Shown: piece by piece, positions 45,910-55,116 of the stretch | How positions within the stretch are numbered: position 1 is the first letter of the stretch | How the letters are laid out: each line of letters begins with the position of its first letter | NCBI RefSeq assembly: GCF_016793705.1 | Contig: NZ_JAEULO010000043.1 | Coordinates: 351-64,350, forward strand | Length of the DNA stretch: 64,000 nucleotides | Source: Tabrizicola sp. | Lineage (GTDB): Bacteria > Pseudomonadota > Alphaproteobacteria > Rhodobacterales > Rhodobacteraceae | Direction of reading: 5' to 3' | Position numbers and translations under genes: made by a program | The notes under the pieces: model-generated | The model's database searches: none | Told to the model about the DNA's origin: nothing | The model's input: the letters and a program-made list of their open reading frames with translations, nothing else

Positions 45910-47097
45910 ATGGCGGAGCTGTTCGGCGAATCCCTGACGCGGGACGACATCCGGAGGCGGTCGGGCCAGCTTGCGGCCTATGGTGGCGTGCGATTGATGG
46001 AGCTGGCCGATGGCACCGAGCGCGGCATCCGGCTGCTGGAGTTCCGCACCGGGGCGGGCCTGCGCTTCACGGTGCTGGTCGACCGTGCGATGGATATTGC
46101 CGAGGTGGATTGGCGCGGTGCCTCGCTGGGCTGGCACGGGCCTTCGGGGCTGCGGTCGGCGGCCCTGCACGAACCGGAAGGCGAAGGCGGCTTCGGCTGG
46201 GCGCGCAGCTTCACCGGCTTCCTTGTTACCTGCGGGCTGGACCATATCCTTGGCCCGGAAGAGGTGGAGGCCAGCCATTACGGCTATCCTGGTATCCGGA
46301 CCAAGCGGCACGGGCTGCATGGCCGGATCGCCAACATCCCGGCCCGGCTGACCGGCTATGGCGAAAGATGGGACGGCGACCGCTGCATCCTCTGGGCCGA
46401 GGGCGTCGTGCGGCAGGCGACGACCTTCGGCGAATACCTCGTTCTGACCCGGCGGATCGAGGCAGAGCTGGATGGCAGCGAAATCCGGCTGACGGATCGT
46501 GTGACAAACGAAGGCTTTGCGCCGACACCGCATATGTTCTTTTACCACGTCAACCTCGGCGCGCCGCTCTTGGCCGAGGGCGCGCGCTATGTTGCGCCGA
46601 TTGCCGATGTGGTCTGGGCCGCCCATGCGGCGCGCTATCGCGACCAGGGCACCGGCTATGCGGTGGTCCCGGCCCCGCAGGACCGGTTCGTGGAGCAGGT
46701 CTGGCAGCACGAAACCGCGCCGGACGCGGGGGGCGAGGTGCCGGTGGCGCTGATGAACGACCGGCTGGGGCTGGGCCTTCAGGTCACGACCCGCAAGGAC
46801 CAACTGCCCTGCCTGTACGAATGGCAGCATTTCCAGGCCGGGGCCTACGGCTTTGGCATCGAACCCTCGACCCACCATGTCCTTGGAGACAACGCCGCGC
46901 GAGAGCGAGGAGAGATGACCTGGCTGAAAGCGGGCGAGGAGCGCCGCTACGACGCCCGTTTCACCGTTCTGGACGGAGCGGCGACGCTGGGCAAGGCCGA
47001 GGCCCGCATCCGCGCCATCATCGGGCAGCCCGACGATCCTTATCCCACCCCATCGGGCAATTTCCGCCCGCTGACCGTTCCTGCGACGATCCGATGA
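45910..47097 (+). CDS. DUF4432 / aldose-1-epimerase-like protein
   Basis: VLVDRAMDI, LVTCGLDH, LHGRIAN, YHVNLG, GIEP. Confidence 0.8.
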   Translation: MAELFGESLTRDDIRRRSGQLAAYGGVRLMELADGTERGIRLLEFRTGAGLRFTVLVDRAMDIAEVDWRGASLGWHGPSGLRSAALHEPEGEGGFGWARSFTGFLVTCGLDHILGPEEVEASHYGYPGIRTKRHGLHGRIANIPARLTGYGERWDGDRCILWAEGVVRQATTFGEYLVLTRRIEAELDGSEIRLTDRVTNEGFAPTPHMFFYHVNLGAPLLAEGARYVAPIADVVWAAHAARYRDQGTGYAVVPAPQDRFVEQVWQHETAPDAGGEVPVALMNDRLGLGLQVTTRKDQLPCLYEWQHFQAGAYGFGIEPSTHHVLGDNAARERGEMTWLKAGEERRYDARFTVLDGAATLGKAEARIRAIIGQPDDPYPTPSGNFRPLTVPATIR

Positions 47098-47109
47098 CCG
47101 GAGACACCC

Positions 47110-48237
47110 ATGCCAACTGACCAGACTCTTGCCGACCGGCCCGAACCCCTTGTCGAGCGGCGCGACTATTCGCTGACCGGGCCAAGCGCGGCGCTGGCGA
47201 TCGAACGGGGGCTAGCCTCGGCCGAATGGTATCATTCCGATGTGCCGCGCAAGGTAATGAAAGAGTTGATGCAGCGCCGCGACGGACCGGCGATCCGCGA
47301 CACGCTGATCTGGCTGGGTCTTCTGGCCCTGACGGCTGCGGGCGGCATATATTTCTGGGGCAGCTGGTGGTGCGTGCCGTTCTGGGCAGTCTATGGCGTG
47401 CTGTACGGATCAGCCTGCGACAGCCGCTGGCACGAATGCGGCCATGGCACCGCCTTCCGCACGCCCTGGATGAACGATGCGGTCTACCAGATCGCCAGCT
47501 TCATGGTGATGCGCAACCCGGTGTCCTGGCGCTGGAGCCACGCCCGCCACCACACCGACACGATCATCGTCGGCCGCGATGCCGAGATCGCCTTCATGCA
47601 TCCGGCCTCGATCCTGCTGAACATCCTGCATTTCATCGGGATTGTGGACATCTGGCAGTGGATGAAGGTGCTGGTCCGCAACGCCGCAGGCCACCTCACC
47701 CCGGACGAGCGCGACTACATCCCCGAGGCCGAAGTCGGCAAGGCGATCTTCTGGGCCCGGGTGCATGTGGCCATCTATGCCCTGACCCTGGCGGCGGCGA
47801 TCTACTGGCGCACGATCCTGCCCTTCATGCTGATCGGCGGGCCGCGTATCTATGGCGCGTGGCACATGTTCATGACGGGCATGATCCAGCATGGCGGGCT
47901 GGCAGAGGATGTGCTCGACCACCGGCTGAACAGCCGCACCTGCCTGATGAACCCGGTCAGCCGCTGGATCTACTGGAATATGAACTACCATGTGGAGCAT
48001 CATATGTTCCCGATGGTGCCTTACCATGCGCTGCCGCGCCTGCATGAGGTCATCAGGAACGACCTGCCTGCGCCGACCCGCTCGATCCCGGCGGCCTTTG
48101 CCGAGATGGTGCCCGCGATCCTGCGCCAGCGGCGCGAGAAGGGATATTTCCTGAAAAAGACCCTGCCGCCGACCGCGCGCGCCTACCGCGAGGAGCTGCA
48201 CCAGACCATCCCCCACCGTGACGGACTGAAGGAGTGA
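47110..48237 (+). CDS. Membrane di-iron oxygenase, MocD-like (fatty-acid-desaturase superfamily)
   Basis: His boxes HECGH, HARHH, HVEHH; adjacent Rieske ferredoxin. Confidence 0.85.
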   Translation: MPTDQTLADRPEPLVERRDYSLTGPSAALAIERGLASAEWYHSDVPRKVMKELMQRRDGPAIRDTLIWLGLLALTAAGGIYFWGSWWCVPFWAVYGVLYGSACDSRWHECGHGTAFRTPWMNDAVYQIASFMVMRNPVSWRWSHARHHTDTIIVGRDAEIAFMHPASILLNILHFIGIVDIWQWMKVLVRNAAGHLTPDERDYIPEAEVGKAIFWARVHVAIYALTLAAAIYWRTILPFMLIGGPRIYGAWHMFMTGMIQHGGLAEDVLDHRLNSRTCLMNPVSRWIYWNMNYHVEHHMFPMVPYHALPRLHEVIRNDLPAPTRSIPAAFAEMVPAILRQRREKGYFLKKTLPPTARAYREELHQTIPHRDGLKE

Positions 48238-48242
48238 CCGCG

Positions 48243-48557
48243 ATGCAATGGGTTTCCGCCTGCGCCCTGGACGACATCGACCCCGAGGACCTGGTCCGCT
48301 TCGACCACGGCGGCAGGACCTATGCGATCTACCGCGATGAGGATGGCGCTGTCTTCGCCACCGATGGGCTTTGCACGCATGAGCAGGTGCATCTCTGCGA
48401 CGGGCTGGTGATGGGCGACGAGATCGAATGCCCCAAGCACAACGGTCGCTTCAACTACAAGACCGGCGAGGCCGAACGACTGCCTTGCGTGACCACGCTC
48501 AGGACCCATCCGGCGCGTGTGGTGGGCGAGATGATCGAGATCGGGCTGGAGGACTGA
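48243..48557 (+). CDS. Rieske [2Fe-2S] ferredoxin, MocE-like
   Basis: CTHEQVHL and ECPKHNGRF. Confidence 0.9.
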   Translation: MQWVSACALDDIDPEDLVRFDHGGRTYAIYRDEDGAVFATDGLCTHEQVHLCDGLVMGDEIECPKHNGRFNYKTGEAERLPCVTTLRTHPARVVGEMIEIGLED

Positions 48558-48558
48558 C

Positions 48559-49392
48559 ATGGCACGTACCCGCCCGACCGTTGCCGACCTGCGCGCCTGG
48601 AAGGGCAAGCGGCAGCTGACCATGCTGCGCCTCTTCACCCTCGACGAGGCCGCCGCCGCCGAAGAGGCCGGGATCGACCTGGTCTCGATTCCGCCGGATC
48701 TCGTGCTGGATCCGGAATACCGCAAGGTTGCACCCACGCTCTTCTCGATGTCGGGCATGGATCACCTTGGTGCGGGCACGCGGGAGGATTACCTGCGGCT
48801 TTGCGGCAAGCTGCTCTCCGCCGGGGCCGACGCGATGTATTGCTCGGCCAGCATCGACACCGTGCGCTATCTGGCGTCCGAGCATATCCCGGTGGTCGGC
48901 CATGTCGGCCTTGTCCCCAGCCGCGCCACCTGGACCGGCGGCTTCCGCGCTGTGGGCAAGACGGCGGATCAGGCGCTGGCGCTTTATAGGGAATGTCTGG
49001 CCTATGAGGCAGCCGGTGCGTTCGCGGTCGAGATCGAGGTCGTGCCCGAAGAAGTCGCAACCGAAATCAGCCACCGGATGAAGCAACTGCTTCTGTGGTC
49101 GATGGGGTCCGGGGCAGGCTGCGATGCGCAATACCTGTTTGCCATGGATATCCTGGGTGAGCATCGGGGAAAGATGCCCCGTCACTCCAAAGTTTACCGC
49201 GACTTTGCGGCGGAGTACGACCGCCTCCAGCGCGAGAGGGTGGCGGCCTTCACCGAATTCCGCACGGATGTTGAGACCGGCCGCTTCCCGGAGGCCCGCT
49301 TCACGCTGCACATGGTGCCCGAGGAACTGGCAAGGTTCAGTTCGGCGCTGGAGCAAGAGGGTATCGGGGCGGAAAGCACCGGCGAAACCTGA
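48559..49392 (+). CDS. Divergent PanB-like (ketopantoate hydroxymethyltransferase fold) protein
   Basis: PVVGHVGLVP, GGFRAVGK, VEIEVVP and GSGAGCDAQ are retained; LVGDS, ADLPF and VKIEG are absent. Confidence 0.8.
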   Translation: MARTRPTVADLRAWKGKRQLTMLRLFTLDEAAAAEEAGIDLVSIPPDLVLDPEYRKVAPTLFSMSGMDHLGAGTREDYLRLCGKLLSAGADAMYCSASIDTVRYLASEHIPVVGHVGLVPSRATWTGGFRAVGKTADQALALYRECLAYEAAGAFAVEIEVVPEEVATEISHRMKQLLLWSMGSGAGCDAQYLFAMDILGEHRGKMPRHSKVYRDFAAEYDRLQRERVAAFTEFRTDVETGRFPEARFTLHMVPEELARFSSALEQEGIGAESTGET

Positions 49393-49469
49393 CTCTTGCG
49401 TCGCGGGAGAGACGACCTTCTCGTCCGCATATCCGATGCTCAGCTGCGTCGCATATGGCTTCTGTCGGC

Positions 49470-50138
49470 TCAGGCCGCGACCAGCCGCAATATCGTATCG
49501 ATGTTGAAGTGGAGCCGCTCCTCCAGCGCCTCCTTGGTCATGAGGTCGCGCTCGAACACGATGGATCCGGTGAAACGGTTCGTCAGATAGTAATAGCCGA
49601 TGGCGGCGACCGTGATGTTCAACTGCACCGGGTCGACGCCCTTGCGGAAGACGCCCGCGGCAACACCGCGTTCGAGGATCGACTGAACCATCGAGACGAA
49701 TCGGCGGCTGTAGTCCTTCACCGTTTCCGACTTCTTCAGATGCTTGGCGCGGTGCAGGTTCTCGCTGTTCACCAGTGTGATGAATTCCGGGTTCTTCAGG
49801 TAATAGTCCCAGGTGAATCGGACCAGGCGTTCCAGGGCCTCGCGCGGGTCCAGATGGTCGAGATTCAGCTTCTGCTCCGCGATGCGGATATCGAGATAAG
49901 CGTTTTCCAGCACGGTCTGGAACAAGCGTTCTTTCGAATCGAAGTAGTGATAGATCATCCGTTTGTTTGCGCGCGCCTTCTCGGCGATCACGTCCACCCG
50001 CGCGCCGCCCAGGCCGCTCTTTGCAAATTCGCGCTTCGCGGCCTCCAGGATGCGGGCCTTTGTCGCCTCTGCATCCCGGATGCGCGGTTTCTGGGCAGGC
50101 TTCGCCTTCCCTTGGGCTGTGTTCTCACTGGCGTCCAT
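49470..50138 (-). CDS. TetR-family regulator (RutR-like C-domain)
   Basis: ILEAAKREFAKSGLGGARVDVIA, MIYHYF. Start re-assigned to 50138. Confidence 0.92.
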   Translation of the reverse strand: MDASENTAQGKAKPAQKPRIRDAEATKARILEAAKREFAKSGLGGARVDVIAEKARANKRMIYHYFDSKERLFQTVLENAYLDIRIAEQKLNLDHLDPREALERLVRFTWDYYLKNPEFITLVNSENLHRAKHLKKSETVKDYSRRFVSMVQSILERGVAAGVFRKGVDPVQLNITVAAIGYYYLTNRFTGSIVFERDLMTKEALEERLHFNIDTILRLVAA

Positions 50139-50256
50139 CAATCCACTCCCAGGGCATCGGTTTTTGCCGCCTGCGGCGCTGATCCCCTGCCTGCGACCAA
50201 AGCCCGCACTGTTGCAGGTTGCAACAAACATCTTGACTCGGGGGTCAGCTGTCAAG

Positions 50257-50275
50257 TAACCAGTTAGTGCATTAA
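50257..50275 (+). promoter_or_regulatory. Candidate operator/promoter motif copy 1
   Basis: TAACCAGTTAGTGCATTAA. Confidence 0.6.
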
Positions 50276-50368
50276 CGGAGAGGCGTGCGCTGATGACGCA
50301 GGTGTCCGCCCCCGCCGAAGGCAGGGCCACGCTTCCGTGGCATTGGAGTGGAAAAAGGGAGGGAATCC

Positions 50369-51481
50369 ATGTCCACGTTCATCAAGGACTTCGTCGAACG
50401 CGAGAAGATCAACCGTCGGAACTTCCTGTTCGCCTCGGCTGCCGGCCTGACGGCCACGGCAGTTCCGGGCATCCTCGGTCGCGGCGCGGCGTTTGCCGAC
50501 GCGGGTGGCTGGTCGCTGGCCTGGAGCTATCGTGACCGAGCCTCGGCCTACTGGAACGCCATCGTTTCGGGTGGTGAGGCCTATGTCGAGAGCCTTGGCT
50601 TGACCAAGGAAGACATGACGAACCTGATCAACGAGGGGTCGTCCGAAAAGTCGCTCGCCGACATCAAGGCCTTCCTTGCCAAGAATGCCGGCAAGGGCGC
50701 CATTGCCAGCGATCCGAACGACAGCCCGAACGCACGTCCGGTCGTGGAGGCGGTGCGGGACGCTGGCGGCTATGTCTCGACGATCTGGAACAAGACCGAT
50801 GACCTGCATCCCTGGGACATCGGCGACAACTATGTCGCGCACCTGTCCTGGTCGGGCGAAAAGCCCTCGGAGGACGCCGCGCGCCTGCTGTTCGAGAAGA
50901 TGGGTGGAGAAGGCGGCGTCGTCCATCTGGGCGGCATTCCGGCCAACATCCCGGCGGTCGAGCGCCTGAACGGCCTGAAGAACGCTCTGAAGGATTTCCC
51001 GAACATCGAGCTTCTGGACGAACAGTCCGCCGACTGGGACACCAACAAGGCCGCCGAGCTGATGTCGAGCTACCTGACCCGCTATGGCGACAAGATCAAG
51101 GGCGTGCACTGCGCCAACGACAACATGGCCTACGGGGTCATCGAGGCGCTGAAGGCGGAAGGTATTACCGGCATGCCGATCACCGCCTTCGACGGCAACC
51201 CGGAAGCGGTGGATCTGGTGATGAAGGGCGAGCTTCTGGCTACCGTCTTCACCAACCCGCATTGGGGTGGCGGCATCGCGCTGGCCCTGGCGCACCAGGC
51301 CGCCATCGGGGCCTTCAAGCCCTCGGAGGAGCCCAACGAGCATCGCGAGTTCTATGGGCCGTCGATCCTTGTCACTCAGGCAGATGCCGAAGAGTTCAAG
51401 AAGACCTACCTGGACGCGACCCCGACCTATGACTGGACTGATCGTTGGGGCCTGTCGGCGGGCGGTATTGTCTACAAGTAA
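50369..51481 (+). CDS. Sugar ABC substrate-binding protein, Tat-exported
   Basis: INRRNFLFA twin-arginine signal; RbsB-like HCANDNMAYG. Confidence 0.9.
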   Translation: MSTFIKDFVEREKINRRNFLFASAAGLTATAVPGILGRGAAFADAGGWSLAWSYRDRASAYWNAIVSGGEAYVESLGLTKEDMTNLINEGSSEKSLADIKAFLAKNAGKGAIASDPNDSPNARPVVEAVRDAGGYVSTIWNKTDDLHPWDIGDNYVAHLSWSGEKPSEDAARLLFEKMGGEGGVVHLGGIPANIPAVERLNGLKNALKDFPNIELLDEQSADWDTNKAAELMSSYLTRYGDKIKGVHCANDNMAYGVIEALKAEGITGMPITAFDGNPEAVDLVMKGELLATVFTNPHWGGGIALALAHQAAIGAFKPSEEPNEHREFYGPSILVTQADAEEFKKTYLDATPTYDWTDRWGLSAGGIVYK

Positions 51482-51493
51482 GGCCTGACCAAC

Positions 51494-51520
51494 GGGGAAC
51501 CGGGCGCAAGTCCGGTCCCC
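51494..51520 (+). terminator. Stem-loop after the binding-protein gene
   Basis: GGGGAACCGGGC-GCAA-GTCCGGTCCCC. Confidence 0.55.
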
Positions 51521-51562
51521 CAGCCTTTTGCCCCTGCGGGGCTGTCGCCAAGGGAGGGTGGC

Positions 51563-52528
51563 GTGACACGATTTCTGACCCGGGAAGCCGCCATCCGCTG
51601 GGCGCCCCTGCTGGTGCTGATCGCGCTGGTGATCCTGTTCACGGCGATCAATCCGGATTTCTTCGCGCAGCGGAACTTTGCCCGCATTGCGATTGCCGCG
51701 GCGCCCGCCCTGATGGTGGCGATCGGCGTGACCTTCATCATCGTCATGGGCTCGATCGACCTGTCGATGGAGGGCGCGGTTTCGCTGACGGCGGTGCTGT
51801 TCTGCTTCGCCTTCCTGTGGCTGGGGGGCACGTTGGCGGCAGGGGGGTGGCTGGCCATCCCGCTTGCCCTGATCGTCGGAGGACTGATCGGGCTGATCAA
51901 CGGGCTCGTTCATGTCAAGCTGCGCATCCCCTCCTTCATGGCAAGCCTGGCAATGGGGTTTGTCGGGACGGGTGCCGCCGTGCTGATCACCGGCGGCGAT
52001 ATCGTGCGGATCGAGGACGACACTTTCCGGGCGCTTCTGACCTGGCGCATCGCGGGCTTTCCGCTGATGGTCTATGTCGTGGTCATTCTGGCCTTCCTGG
52101 CCTGGTTCATCCAGAACCACACCACGCTGGGTCGGAACTTCTATGCCGTGGGTGGCGGCGAGGAGCTTGCCCACGCCTCGGGGCTGAACGTTCGGCGGGT
52201 TCGGATCACCGGTTTCGTGCTCGCGGGCGTGTTCTATGCCATCGCCGGGATGCTGCAGGTCGCCAAGCTGGGCCAGGCGGAATCGGTCACTGGCGCGAAT
52301 TTCATGTTCATCTCGATCACCTCGGTCGTGGTCGGGGGTGTCGCGCTCTGGGGTGGCATCGGCGGGGTCTGGAACACGGTCGTCGGCGTGCTGATCGTGA
52401 ACGTCATCAACAACGGCATGGTCGTGATCGGACTGCCCGACTATGTGCAGGACGGCATGCTGGGGCTTCTGGTGATCCTGGCAGTGGTCCTCTCGACCGA
52501 CCGGCGCAACATCAGCTTCGTGAAATAG
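51563..52528 (+). CDS. Sugar ABC permease
   Basis: GSIDLSM, IPSFMASL, SVVVGGVALWGG. Confidence 0.92.
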   Translation: MTRFLTREAAIRWAPLLVLIALVILFTAINPDFFAQRNFARIAIAAAPALMVAIGVTFIIVMGSIDLSMEGAVSLTAVLFCFAFLWLGGTLAAGGWLAIPLALIVGGLIGLINGLVHVKLRIPSFMASLAMGFVGTGAAVLITGGDIVRIEDDTFRALLTWRIAGFPLMVYVVVILAFLAWFIQNHTTLGRNFYAVGGGEELAHASGLNVRRVRITGFVLAGVFYAIAGMLQVAKLGQAESVTGANFMFISITSVVVGGVALWGGIGGVWNTVVGVLIVNVINNGMVVIGLPDYVQDGMLGLLVILAVVLSTDRRNISFVK

Positions 52529-52539
52529 GGGGGCGGGCG

Positions 52540-54045
52540 ATGTACGAACTCAAGGCGGTCGACAAGAAGTTTCCCGGTGTCCATGCGCTGAAGGCAGTGG
52601 ATTTCCAGGTCAAGCGCGGTGAGATCGTCGGCCTTGTCGGCGAGAACGGTGCCGGCAAGTCCACCCTGATGAAGGTGATCTACGGCGCCTATCAGCCCGA
52701 CGGCGGCACCATTACCATCGACGGCAAGACCGTGCGCTTCCAGAACCCGCGTCAGGCGATGGAAAAGGGCATCGGCATGGTGTTCCAGGAACAGTCGCTG
52801 ATTTCCAACCTGACGGTCATGGAGAACATCTTCCTGGGTTATGAAGCGCAGTTCGTGCGTCTGGGCGTGATCAACTGGAAGGCCATGGCCGAGGCTGCGC
52901 GAAAGCAACTGGCCAAGGTGAAGCTCGACATCGATCCGGCCACGGTGACGGCCAGCCTGTCCTTTGCGCAGCGCCAGCTGGTCGAGTTGGCCAAGGTGCT
53001 CACGCTTGAGGAGCGGGTCGACGGCGACCTGGTCATCCTTCTGGACGAGCCCACCAGTGTTCTGGCCGAGGACGAGGTCAAGATGCTGTTCCGCATCGTT
53101 CGCGACCTGACGGCACGGGCGAGCTTCATCTTTGTCAGTCACCGCATGGACGAGGTGATGGAGCTTTCCGACCGAATCTATGTGATGAAAGACGGGGCGG
53201 TGGTCGATGTGGTCAACCGGGGCGGCGCCACGGTCGAGCAGATCCAGCACAAGATGGTGGGCCGCAACGTCGACCGGGAATATTACCGTGAGCAGCGCCA
53301 GAAACCCTATGATGACAGCCGCCAGCTGGTGAAGCTGGAGGACGTTGGCCTGCCGGGTCGGATCAGCGACATCTCGCTGACCCTGCATCCGGGCGAGGTA
53401 TTGTGTCTGGTTGGTACCGAAGGCTCGGGCCGCGAGGCGATCCTGCGCACGATCTACGGGATGCGGACCCCCGTGACCGGGCATGTCACGATGAAGGGCG
53501 CGCGGATCGAACGCTTCACCCCGCAGGCGGCGGTCGCGAAGGGCGTCGGCTATGTCCCGCGCGAACGCAAGGTCGAGGGCATCGTCGCGGGGATGAACGT
53601 TTACGAGAACATGACGCTGTCGCAGATGGGTCATTTCTCGAACGCCGGCGTTCTGCGTGTCGGCGAAGAGCGCAAGCTGGCGCGCGACTGGATCGGAAAG
53701 CTGTCGATCAAGGCGCATTCCGAATACGCCGATTGTGGCAACCTTTCAGGCGGGAACCAGCAGAAGGTGGTACTGGCAAAGTGGCGATCCGGCGGGTCGG
53801 ACATCATGCTTCTGGATCACCCGACGCGCGGCCTCGACATCGGCGCCAAGGAAGACGTCTACGAGATGATCCGCGACATGTGCGACGACGGAGTGGGTGT
53901 CATCCTGGTCGCCGACACGCTGGAAGAGGCGATCGGGCTTTCTCACACGATCATCGTCCTCAAGGACGGCCGCATCCAGAAACGCTTTGACTGCGAGCCG
54001 GGCAAGAAGCCTTCGCTTTACGATCTCCTGCACGCGATGATCTGA
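52540..54045 (+). CDS. Sugar ABC ATPase (two-domain, RbsA-like)
   Basis: GENGAGKST, LSGGNQQKVV. Start re-assigned to 52540. Confidence 0.93.
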   Translation: MYELKAVDKKFPGVHALKAVDFQVKRGEIVGLVGENGAGKSTLMKVIYGAYQPDGGTITIDGKTVRFQNPRQAMEKGIGMVFQEQSLISNLTVMENIFLGYEAQFVRLGVINWKAMAEAARKQLAKVKLDIDPATVTASLSFAQRQLVELAKVLTLEERVDGDLVILLDEPTSVLAEDEVKMLFRIVRDLTARASFIFVSHRMDEVMELSDRIYVMKDGAVVDVVNRGGATVEQIQHKMVGRNVDREYYREQRQKPYDDSRQLVKLEDVGLPGRISDISLTLHPGEVLCLVGTEGSGREAILRTIYGMRTPVTGHVTMKGARIERFTPQAAVAKGVGYVPRERKVEGIVAGMNVYENMTLSQMGHFSNAGVLRVGEERKLARDWIGKLSIKAHSEYADCGNLSGGNQQKVVLAKWRSGGSDIMLLDHPTRGLDIGAKEDVYEMIRDMCDDGVGVILVADTLEEAIGLSHTIIVLKDGRIQKRFDCEPGKKPSLYDLLHAMI

Positions 54046-54054
54046 GGGACAGAG

Positions 54055-54996
54055 ATGGATATCCAGCGACTGAAACCGCATTTTCCCTGGATCACCTTGC
54101 TGGTCCTGGTGATCTTCGTCGGCCTGAATGACCCGAACTTCCTGAAACCGGCCAACCTTCTGTCTCTGGCTGGGGATATCGTGCCCCTGTTCATCATGGC
54201 GCTTGGCCTGACCTTCGCAATCTACATCGGCGGGATCGACCTGTCGGCTCAGTCTATGGCGAACATGATCACGGTTGTTGCCTCCGTCTATCTCGCGTCG
54301 CTGGGGATCTGGGTCGCGCTTTTGTGCGTGGCGATCGGCTTTGCCCTCGGGATGCTGTCAGGCTTCATCACCACCCGACTGTTCGTGCCTTCCTTCATCT
54401 CGACGCTGGCTGTCGGCGGGCTGTGCTTTTCGATGGCGCAGTGGCTGTCGGGCAATCGCGCGCTGAACATGGATGCCGCCGAACGCGATGCGCTGTTCGG
54501 CTGGATGATCGGCCGCACCGGTATCATTCCGAACGAACTGTTCCTGGCGGTGGCCTTGCTGGCAATCTGCCTCTTCATCGAACGGCGCACCACGCTCGGC
54601 CGCGCCTTGAAGGCGGTGGGCGCGGGCGAGCTTGCGGCAGCGGCCTCGGGCGTGAACGTGGCCCGCTTCAAGATGCTGGCCTTCGCGATTTCGGGCGCGC
54701 TGGCTGCGGTGGCAGGGCTTCTGTTCGCGGTCAAGCTGTCCGGTGGGGCGCCGACGATTGCCAACGGCTTCCTGTTGCCTGCCATCGTCGCGGTTCTGGT
54801 CGGTGGCACGCCGCTGACCGGCGGCGTGGGCGGGGTGCTGAACACCGCCATAGGTACGCTGATCGTGGCGGTGATCCGGGCCTCGATGCTGTATTTCGGG
54901 GTCGAGGCAACGCAGCAGCAGATGGTCTTCGGACTTGTGCTGATCGCGGCCATCGCGCTGACGATGGATCGGTCCAAGCTGCGGACAGTCAAGTAA
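54055..54996 (+). CDS. Sugar ABC permease 2
   Basis: GGIDLSA, VPSFISTL, AVLVGGTPLTGG. Confidence 0.92.
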   Translation: MDIQRLKPHFPWITLLVLVIFVGLNDPNFLKPANLLSLAGDIVPLFIMALGLTFAIYIGGIDLSAQSMANMITVVASVYLASLGIWVALLCVAIGFALGMLSGFITTRLFVPSFISTLAVGGLCFSMAQWLSGNRALNMDAAERDALFGWMIGRTGIIPNELFLAVALLAICLFIERRTTLGRALKAVGAGELAAAASGVNVARFKMLAFAISGALAAVAGLLFAVKLSGGAPTIANGFLLPAIVAVLVGGTPLTGGVGGVLNTAIGTLIVAVIRASMLYFGVEATQQQMVFGLVLIAAIALTMDRSKLRTVK

Positions 54997-55056
54997 CACA
55001 AGGCAGGCGAGCAGCGGACAAGACGTCGCAGGCGGCGGCTCTTCGTTGACATTTTG

Positions 55057-55075
55057 TAACCAAACAGTTACTTAA
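55057..55075 (+). promoter_or_regulatory. Candidate operator/promoter motif copy 2
   Basis: TAACCAAACAGTTACTTAA, just downstream of a TTGACA (55046-55051). Confidence 0.62.
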
Positions 55076-55116
55076 TGCGCATCGCAGGCGTAAGACGACT
55101 CATGAGGGGGAAGACC

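Noticed and set aside
47110-48237. Annotation as a fatty-acid desaturase
   Set aside because: Sugar ABC, LacI and Rieske-ferredoxin context fits a MocD-type small-molecule hydroxylase better.
48559-49392. Annotation as biosynthetic panB
   Set aside because: Canonical metal and substrate motifs are missing, and there is no panC or panD nearby.
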